Below are positions 1-7,296 of a stretch of 64,000 nucleotides of DNA, one piece after another (within the stretch, counting starts at the first letter, position 1; each line of letters opens with the position of its first letter). Where the stretch lies: contig JAGGXR010000131.1 in the NCBI GenBank assembly GCA_021162935.1, positions 514-64,513 on the forward strand. The letters are read 5' to 3'. The stretch is from Deltaproteobacteria bacterium (lineage in GTDB: Bacteria; Myxococcota_A; Polyangia; HGW-17; SLPX01). Under the pieces are notes generated by a model. That model did no database searches. It was given only the letters and a program-made list of their open reading frames with translations, and was not told where the DNA came from. Position numbers and translations under genes: made by a program.

Positions 1-639
1 AAATACCAACTGGCTCCCGGCTGGGGCTCTTGCAAAAAAGTCAAAAGCCTTATGAACGGCAGGCTCGTTCAAATATTGTGAAACAGCTTCCCAGATAAAA
101 AAGGTCTTTACCCCCTCTTGATACCCACTTTGTTTCAACAGCTCACCTATCTCTTGCTCAACAAAGTTCATTCTGGTGAGTGTTACATTTTCAGGAATCG
201 TGTTGAGAGTTCTTCTTATCACTCTCTCTTTTGCCGCAATATTAATTGGTTGATCTACCTCCCAAGAGGGGATATGGCGTAAAGCTTCAAAGCGATACAG
301 TCTCGTGTCGAATCCCGCGCCGAGATTTACGACAGCTTCTATCTCTCTGTTTCCAACCGCCTCTAAAAGATGTTCGTCTATATACCGCTTTCGCACAAGA
401 AAACAGCTCCATCCTCCGGAGACAAATTTCTCGGTCAGACCTACTATCCAGTTTCTTAGGACGGAAATCTTCGTTAATTGAATCCAAAAACGATTTACAC
501 CAGAGTAGAGCTTTGGAGCAAGAGTGTCGTTAATAATCCGCTCTTCTCGTGGGAAGTTCTGTTCAATCGCTACAACAAGTGTGGGTTGGTTGCCGGTTTT
601 CCCTGCGCGCTTAGTGTCAACCTTGGTGTGAGATTGCAT
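1..639 (-). CDS. Class I SAM-dependent methyltransferase (LCM-like), 3' end runs off the window; integron-type cassette
   Basis: Not in the ORF track. Hand translation from ATG at 639: MQSHTKVDTKRAGKTG...VRKRYIDEHL...EAVVNLGAGFDTRLYR...WEVDQP...KTFFIWEAVSQYL. LGAGFDTR and EVD are typical of this family. Confidence 0.85.
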   Translation of the reverse strand, partial: MQSHTKVDTKRAGKTGNQPTLVVAIEQNFPREERIINDTLAPKLYSGVNRFWIQLTKISVLRNWIVGLTEKFVSGGWSCFLVRKRYIDEHLLEAVGNREIEAVVNLGAGFDTRLYRFEALRHIPSWEVDQPINIAAKERVIRRTLNTIPENVTLTRMNFVEQEIGELLKQSGYQEGVKTFFIWEAVSQYLNEPAVHKAFDFFARAPAGSQLVF

Positions 640-665
640 AGGTATTTCTTCCTGGGGGTTCTAAT

Positions 666-774
666 GCATAACGGCGCTGCACAACAACAGTCCGTTTGCA
701 AATAGTGCTTATCGCCCGAATTGATATCTTGACAATGGAGATTGGCACCGTTTCACCAGCGTAAAAGTTGGTAA
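666..774 (-). mobile_element. Degenerate attC-like site 1
   Basis: On minus: TTACCAAC just after the GIY-YIG stop, ending CAGCGCCGTTATGC ~27 nt before the methyltransferase ATG. The R' box is good; internal pairing is weak. Confidence 0.4.
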
Positions 775-781
775 CACTATT

Positions 782-1285
782 CTATCCATGGAGGGTTTCC
801 ATGAGTTTCCTGTGCTCCAACTCCATTTCCTCAAACTGCTCCTTCTGATAAAACCACTTCACATCTTTAAGCGTTCCACGTCTCCTATTCATAGCCGGAT
901 TGGACGCATATATTGCAATAGCTTCAAGGACGTCCAGCGCCTGAATAATTCCGCCACCAAACCTGTCTTCGTATGGCCCATTTTTCTCAAGAATCTCGTG
1001 CGAATAAAAACCAAACCAAGTAAAGCGTTCCCAAAGGCAGAACAGATCATCTTGTACTGCGTGATCTTTCAATCGGTCAAAAAGGCCACTAGAGTCACCT
1101 CGGCCGGCTTGCCCAACATAAATGCAGCTTCCGCTGTTATCATATAGAAGGTAAATTCCTGTCTGATCTGCAAAGTTTGCTTCAGTTTTCTCCGCATCTT
1201 CGCTTGTTCCAAGCAGCAACCTTTCTTTTTTTTCATACCAGTTGACGAACTTTCGGTGCCACATATATCCCGCATTTGCTATCAT
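782..1285 (-). CDS. GIY-YIG nuclease family protein (cassette)
   Basis: GIYLLYD...IYVGQAG, RLKDH, conserved Glu (LEAIAI) and NPAMN; AT-rich; flanked by attC-like sites. Confidence 0.8.
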   Translation of the reverse strand: MIANAGYMWHRKFVNWYEKKERLLLGTSEDAEKTEANFADQTGIYLLYDNSGSCIYVGQAGRGDSSGLFDRLKDHAVQDDLFCLWERFTWFGFYSHEILEKNGPYEDRFGGGIIQALDVLEAIAIYASNPAMNRRRGTLKDVKWFYQKEQFEEMELEHRKLMETLHG

Positions 1286-1308
1286 TTGTTTTTCCTTTCG
1301 TCTAGATT

Positions 1309-1384
1309 GCCATAACGACCAAGCTGTGGAGTACGAACGAGGCCGAGCGCAGTTTACGTCCGACTGAGCGCATTGTCATATGGC
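1309..1384 (-). mobile_element. attC-like site 2
   Basis: Minus strand GCCATATGAC-AATGC-GCTCAGTC...CCACAGC-TTGGTC-GTTATGGC shows R''/L''/L'/R' spacing with 5- and 6-nt spacers. The upstream gene's stop lies in the R'' box. Confidence 0.65.
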
Positions 1385-1914
1385 TTGCTCAATTTGCCGC
1401 CATTTCAAGTCAACGAACAGAACACACAGTGGTTTTTCTAGTTGGTCCTTGGATTACCGCCGATGGTTGCTACGAGGGAATTGGCATATCCTATTGATCC
1501 CGGGTCGTAGGAGCCTTTCTTTAAATGGAAAGCCGTATTTATAGCCTTTAGTGTTTTCCCGTTTTTGACACCTTCCCTAGCAGTTTCAAATATTTCTACC
1601 TGTGACATTTCAGACTCCCATACTTCTATGGTAGCGACACTCAGGTTGCGCCCCACACGCATTACAGCATGACGTGCCACACAACAGTTTATGAGATTTT
1701 CTGCGCTATTTTCGCCAGTTTTGTTGAGGTGGTGAACGTTCATATTTCTTTTTGCTACGTGGCCGCAGAATTGGCAGGTGTTCTTATCATGTTCAAGTGC
1801 AACCTTTCTCATCTTATTCCCCTCGTTTTCCGGCGGCCGCTCTGAATACCAAAGGCCAGGGTTTGTGATGCCAGGTCTTAGTTCATGGAGTTCAAGTCTT
1901 GTCGTAATTCTTGT
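1376..1914 (-). pseudogene. HNH endonuclease cassette, frameshifted
   Basis: CQFCG...NVHHL...ENLINCCVARH. The ORF stops at 1438, but another frame continues LEKPLCVLFVDLKWRQIEQAI* to a TGA (1376-1378) inside the attC R'' box. No clean ATG start. Confidence 0.6.
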
Positions 1915-2003
1915 GCCATATAACGGCGGTCCCAATCACCGGCGGACGCGGGGGCGGGCTTGCCCGCCGCAGCGGGAGTCCGCTGCATTCGCTTCTTGGG
2001 GGC
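1915..2003 (-). mobile_element. attC-like site 3
   Basis: Minus: CCCAAG-AAGCG-AATGCAGCGGAC...GGCGGGC-AA-GCCCGCC hairpin...GTTATATGGC; a GC-rich palindrome within AT-rich DNA. A further half site GCATAACAAAAAAATG lies at 2047-2062. Confidence 0.6.
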
Positions 2004-2679
2004 GCGCATCGCCCGTCCACGACAACCGGGATTCGATCCGCACCGCCATTTTTTTGTTATGCGTTTTCTTCAAATTCCATGGCCCAACTATTATTTTTTA
2101 CTGGTCTATCCGCCATTTTATACCTGCATTGGTCAAAATTGATTGGGCACAACTTATTATTCTGCTTAAGGGCAGATCCTCCAGCGATGGCCTTTTTTGC
2201 AAGTAAGATCAGTCAATTTCACCAGCCTAACCGAAGACAGATGATGCTAGTTATTAGATCCGTCGATTCCGTCGATGTCAAGGGGAAAACGGAAAAGCAC
2301 CTCATAACATCACGGTTGCTGTAGTTATCGATATTGTGCATCATCCGGAGGGAGAGTATGGCCAGAGTTCGCAGCCAGATGAAGGGGGTGCTGGCCAGAT
2401 TATACGAGGTTCTTGCGCCAAGTTCTCACGGGACAGGCACTTGGGCCTCGGTCGTCACGGCGAACCTGCTGGTAATGGCCCGACACGTGCTCACGTAGTC
2501 GCACGCATCTGCTCAGCGTGGACTCTCCCAGAAACCACCGGGACGAGGGCCGGGGCATGCGGAAATCCCGTCTACTGCCCGAATCGCGTGATTTCTTCGG
2601 TCGAGCAGGGATCGCGGCGCTGCTATCGCCAATCGGCAGCAGCGGCCGGCCCCGCTCAGGTCGCACAAAACCCCACTTC

Positions 2680-3034
2680 TGGGATGGGAACGAACTGCGA
2701 GCTGTGGAACCACGTCAAGCCAGCCCAGATCCTCGCCCTGGGGCGCAACCATTGGCGGGTAGATAACGACTGCTTCAACTCGCTGGACCTGCAGTGGCGC
2801 GAGGACTCTGGAATCTGGTGCAGAAAGGGCAACGCGGTCTGGGCTCTCGGACTGCTTCGGCTGATGGCCTACAACCTCGTGCACATGCTCCGGCTTTGGT
2901 GCCGCCGCCCGTGGCGCAAGACCCAGGACGGAGACTACGCGAAGCTGCTGATCTGGCGCTCACTCTTCAAGGCGATCATGCTGACCTTCGGGACGGCGCT
3001 CGACAGCCAACTGCCACCCTTGGCGGTCGATTGA
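2680..3034 (+). pseudogene. ISAs1-family transposase C-terminal remnant
   Basis: QILALGRNHWRVDNDCFNSLDLQWRED matches the ISAs1 HWxIEN...LD...ED motif; N-terminus missing. Confidence 0.7.
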
Positions 3035-3209
3035 ACACGGCCCTCACCGACCCAAACGCCAGATAGCCCGTGATCAAGCCGCGACCGGCGGAAGGACCGG
3101 GGTCTCGCTGCGTTTCGGCTCGCTCACGGGACGGTCGCCCGGTGATGCAATCTCCGGGGGGAGGCAGAACCTTTGCCGATGGAGATCACTGATCAGACCT
3201 GATTGCCCC

Positions 3210-3252
3210 TTGACAAATTTGGAACTGTCGAGTATTTGATTCTAATATTCGA
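3210..3252 (+). promoter_or_regulatory. Putative sigma70 promoter with overlapping TetR operator
   Basis: TTGACA at 3210-3215; inverted repeat TCGAGTATT-N7-AATATTCGA (3228-3252, one mismatch) just upstream of the TetR gene. Confidence 0.5.
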
Positions 3253-3273
3253 TTCCTCGAAGAGGAGCTAGAG

Positions 3274-3858
3274 ATGGTCGATTCCAGAACCGAAAAGAGA
3301 AAGCAGCTCGTGCAGGTTGCACAACGCGTCATCCAGAAGCAGGGAATTCGGAAGACGACGTTGGAGGACATTGCTCGGGCTGCGGGGATGGCGACCACTT
3401 CGGTGTACTATTATTTCAAGAACAAAAACAAACTGTTGCGCGCAGTGGTCAGCGCGCTGATCGACAGCACGCTTGCAAATGTCGAGGCCGCAATTTTCGC
3501 CTGCGCAGGCCCTGAGGAGAAGCTCATCGCGAGCTGGAAAGTCATTTTCATGGCGATCACCGACAGTGCGATCTTATTGGATCTGGGGGCCAACTCGAAA
3601 CCCGAGGTAGTCGCTCTTGCAGGGGACCTGATTCGCGACTTCGAGGCCAGGTACAAGAAACTGATCCGCAATATCATCGTGGAAGGAGTCGAGCGAGACT
3701 TGTTTCATGTCGAGGACATCGAACTGACGGTCACCCTTCTTTCCAGTGGGACCATCGGCCTCATCACCACCATTGCCGGTGAAGTCGAATATGAACTCAT
3801 CGGGCAGCATATCGACGAGTTGGGCGAGTTGCTTATGAATGGGCTGAGGCAGCGATGA
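3274..3858 (+). CDS. TetR/AcrR family regulator
   Basis: HTH GIRKTTLEDIARAAGMATTSVYYYFKNK; RBS GAGGAG. Confidence 0.92.
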   Translation: MVDSRTEKRKQLVQVAQRVIQKQGIRKTTLEDIARAAGMATTSVYYYFKNKNKLLRAVVSALIDSTLANVEAAIFACAGPEEKLIASWKVIFMAITDSAILLDLGANSKPEVVALAGDLIRDFEARYKKLIRNIIVEGVERDLFHVEDIELTVTLLSSGTIGLITTIAGEVEYELIGQHIDELGELLMNGLRQR

Positions 3859-4105
3859 CAACAGACTGCAAGCACGATGTTTTTTTTGTCGCAGATTCAA
3901 AGATTGGACTCGAAAGCTCGAATCTTCGATATCGGTTGGCCTTTTTGTATCGGGTTGCCGGGTCTTGCGGCAGGGCGCTCGCTCTCTCCAACCCATCGTT
4001 ACACTTGCATTCGTGCGTGGCGCGGCTTTCGCCAAGGACCTTGCTGCGGGGCTTATGTCTGTTCTGGGCGGCTGTGATGCAAACCAGTGAAGATGGAGGT
4101 GCGGA

Positions 4106-6793
4106 ATGATTCCTTCAGTGTTCTCCGATCCGTTTGTCGTGCTCGTTCTCTTTGCTGTCTTCTCTTTCGTCGGGTGGGTGATCGAGATGGCCTACCGCTC
4201 CGTAGAGCACTGGCGGTTCGTCAATGCGGGCTTCTTGTACGGCCCAGTCGTACCCATCTACGGGTTCGGCGGTCTTGCGGTGGTGTGGCTCGACTATGCT
4301 TTTGGCCCGACAAATCTCCTGGTCAAGATGCTCGCCTTCACGGTTGTCTTGACCGCCCTCGAATACGTGGCTGGATTTCTCTCTGAGAGGATTTTCGGAC
4401 TGAGACTTTGGGATTATTCAAAAAATCGCTTCAATCTACAAGGAAGGGTCTGCCTGCTCTTCTCGATTTTGTGGGGTGTGCTGGCCGTTTTTCATGCGCA
4501 GGTGCTCTTCCCTGCTGTGTTGGGCATGGTGCAACAACTCAGTCCCCAATGGCTGAGGGTCGCGTCGGCGCTCATCCTCGTTGCGTTTGCAGTGGATTTG
4601 GTCTTTTCAGTGGTCGCATTGCGCTCCTTCCGCACGGCGATCGCTTCCTCCAAGGTGCGTATTTCAGCATCGTTGCGTCGGATCGCGGATGCGTTTCCCT
4701 ATGCGAGGCAGAAACTGGTCACCGGCCTCATCAGGAAGAACGGTCAGAGCATCTCTTCGCTCATCAGAATGTATCACGACCGCTGGGTAACCGTCTGGCA
4801 GAGACACCGACCTTTGGACGAGGAGTACGAGTCCATCGTCTCCGACATCCTTCAGAACGACACCTTTCTCCGTCTCAAGTCCTTCCGGCATCACACCTCG
4901 TCGATCTTTGAACACGTGCAAGTGGTCTCCTACATCGCGTACCGGGTCTGCAAGCGGTTGGGTGTCGACTACCGGTCGGCTGCGCGGGGTGGACTGCTGC
5001 ACGATTTTTTCCTGTACGATTGGCACAATCACGACCTTCCCGAGCTTGCAAAGGACAAAAACCACGGCTGGGAGCATCCGAAAATCGCTCTGCGTAACGC
5101 CGCGCGATATTTCTCTCTCAACGCAATCGAGCGAGACATCATCCTTCGGCACATGTGGCCGTTTACGCTGGTTCCCCCGCAGTATGTGGAATCTTATGCG
5201 GTTTGTCTCGTGGACAAGTATGTCACGACCAAGGAGTACCTGTTTCCTCGATGGGCGAGCCGGCACCGCATTGTCAGAGAGAAACGAGGCATTCAGCAAC
5301 TTCAGGCCCTTTCCGATGGCAATCCGGCCCTAGAATCCGAGGCCGTCGATAGAGCGAAAGCCGGGAGTCGAAGTCTGGTCAAGAAGAGACCCCGGGTGAA
5401 GCTGATCACGATTCCGTGGTCGTACGACGTTCCGACGCTGAGTCTGGCCTCTTTGGCCGCGGTAACGCCCAAGGAGATGGAAGTCAGCCTGGTCGATGTG
5501 CTGCGCCAGCGGCTCATTCTCGACGAACCGGTGAATCTGGTGGGCATCAGTGCCTCCACCCCGAGCATCAAAGCTGCATACGAGTTGGCGGATTTCTATC
5601 GTGCTCGCGGTGCCGTCGTCGTCATTGGAGGCCACCATGCCACAGCGATGCCCGAGGAAGCGCTCCAGCATGCCGATGCGGTGGTATGCGGTGAGGGCGA
5701 GACTTCCTGGGCGCGCATCTGCGACCAGTTTCTGACCAATCCTGCGCGAGTGGGTGGCATTTACCGTGACCCGGCGCCAGACCTTTCGGTCCTGCCTCAG
5801 CCCAGGACAGACTTGATGTGCCTGGAGCGGTACAGCCGGTATGCCTATCCCGTGACCGCAACCCGGGGTTGCCCCCATCGCTGCTCGTTCTGCTTTTCTC
5901 GATACATGAGCCCGACCTACCACAAGTTCCCCATCGCCCATGTTCTCGAGCAGGTTCGGCGTCGGCCTCCATTTGTCAGGGGAATGTACTTTGTCGATGA
6001 CAACTTGGTGGGGGACGTAGACTACACACGCGAACTGTTTCGTGCGCTCAAGCATGAGCGGATCCCGTTCGTGATGCAGGCGCGCATTGAGGTTGCCTCA
6101 GACCCCGAAATGTTGCGTCTTGCTCACGAGGCTGGCTGCATTGCGATTTCCACTGGCTACGAGTCGATCAGCCAGATGAGTCTCAATCGGGTGGGCAAAC
6201 AAGCCGATGCGTCAACATACAAGGAGGCCTCACGTGCAATCTTCGAGGCGGGAATGGCGCCGTCGAGCAATTGGGTCCTGGGGTTCGACTGGGATGGACC
6301 CGATTGTTTCGACCAGACCTTGGCCTTCCTGGATGACTCCTGGGTGCTCGACGCAGCCTTCACCACCGAAATCCCGTTTCCAGGCACACCCGCGTTCAAG
6401 AGGTACGAGAGGGAAGGTCGGATTCTGACCTATGACTACGATGAGTACGTGGGCAAGGACCACGTCGTGATCCGTCCCAAGGAGATGATGCCAGAGCAAC
6501 TTCGGGACGGCATTCGTCGATTGGCCAAAGAATTCTACTCGGTTCGACGCATCCGGTCGCGGCTGCGTCGCGTCAAATCGAATCCGTTGATTCTCGATGC
6601 TTTCCCGATATCGCAGCGCAATCGTGTGGCCTTGTTCGTGGGGATGTATCAGGCATACCACTGGCACGAACTCATGATCCCGCCGCTCCGCCGATTCGCA
6701 AACGGCATCAAAAGGACAAATGTGTTGCTGCGCCACCGAGACGCTATCCTGCGCTCCAATTTCGACCAGGCACCGACCGGGACAGACGGCTAG
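4106..6793 (+). CDS. Fusion: CmpB/DUF1113-like membrane domain + HD domain + B12-binding radical SAM
   Basis: N-term FVGWVIE...GFLYGPVVPIYGFG...LWDYSKNRFNLQGRVCL; middle H...GGLLHDFFLYDW...HP...HMWP...D; C-term GGHHAT...GEGE and TRGCPHRCSFC (CxxxCxxC), FVDDN. RBS GGAGG. Confidence 0.85.
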   Translation: MIPSVFSDPFVVLVLFAVFSFVGWVIEMAYRSVEHWRFVNAGFLYGPVVPIYGFGGLAVVWLDYAFGPTNLLVKMLAFTVVLTALEYVAGFLSERIFGLRLWDYSKNRFNLQGRVCLLFSILWGVLAVFHAQVLFPAVLGMVQQLSPQWLRVASALILVAFAVDLVFSVVALRSFRTAIASSKVRISASLRRIADAFPYARQKLVTGLIRKNGQSISSLIRMYHDRWVTVWQRHRPLDEEYESIVSDILQNDTFLRLKSFRHHTSSIFEHVQVVSYIAYRVCKRLGVDYRSAARGGLLHDFFLYDWHNHDLPELAKDKNHGWEHPKIALRNAARYFSLNAIERDIILRHMWPFTLVPPQYVESYAVCLVDKYVTTKEYLFPRWASRHRIVREKRGIQQLQALSDGNPALESEAVDRAKAGSRSLVKKRPRVKLITIPWSYDVPTLSLASLAAVTPKEMEVSLVDVLRQRLILDEPVNLVGISASTPSIKAAYELADFYRARGAVVVIGGHHATAMPEEALQHADAVVCGEGETSWARICDQFLTNPARVGGIYRDPAPDLSVLPQPRTDLMCLERYSRYAYPVTATRGCPHRCSFCFSRYMSPTYHKFPIAHVLEQVRRRPPFVRGMYFVDDNLVGDVDYTRELFRALKHERIPFVMQARIEVASDPEMLRLAHEAGCIAISTGYESISQMSLNRVGKQADASTYKEASRAIFEAGMAPSSNWVLGFDWDGPDCFDQTLAFLDDSWVLDAAFTTEIPFPGTPAFKRYEREGRILTYDYDEYVGKDHVVIRPKEMMPEQLRDGIRRLAKEFYSVRRIRSRLRRVKSNPLILDAFPISQRNRVALFVGMYQAYHWHELMIPPLRRFANGIKRTNVLLRHRDAILRSNFDQAPTGTDG

Positions 6794-6829
6794 AGGGGGG
6801 CCAATCTGTGTTTGTTCATTACTAGACCG

Positions 6830-7215
6830 CCTCGGGTCGGCCAAAAGCTTGTAGCCCCGGAGTCGTCGTCATTTGTTCTGCGCCGTCTCCATCAATTTCC
6901 AGGCCATCGCCAATGTTGTCATTCGATTGCCACAGTTCTTCGTCTTCCTGGCTGTCAGCCGCACCGCGGAAAACATCGATTCAATCGGGTTTGTCGTCCG
7001 GATATGCTGCTAGTGCACCGCCGAGAAATCATAAAATGCCAGCCTCGCGTGTCTCGGCCATCCAAATTCGTGCAGCGCCGTCTTGTGCACCGAGCAGATC
7101 TGTTGCGCCCTCTGTGGCCACTTCTTGCTAACCGCCTTCCAGAAACCCAGCGGCCCGTCGCCGACCGCCCGTGGTAGCCAGCGCCAACCCTGGTGCCGTC
7201 CGAAGCGCCCCAAAT
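6830..7215 (-). pseudogene. IS256-family transposase remnant
   Basis: Hand translation: AVGDGPLGFWKAV...QICSVHKT [deletion] LAFYDFSAVH*QHIRTTNPIESMF...TTLAMAWKLMETAQNK*RRLRG; two Trp-to-stop changes. Confidence 0.85.
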
Positions 7216-7296
7216 ACTCGCCGGCCCGGAAACAGACAGGTGCGTCTCACTCGCTCGGTCTTACCGCAAGCAGCCGGATGCAGAGCACGGTGCGTC

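Noticed and set aside
2062-2680. Possible fourth cassette or gene fragments
   Set aside because: Reading frames are broken and there is no recognisable motif beyond a half attC site.
3855-4105. Short ORFs or a cobalamin riboswitch before the B12 radical-SAM fusion
   Set aside because: No B12-box or other riboswitch core is visible and the ORFs lack recognisable features.
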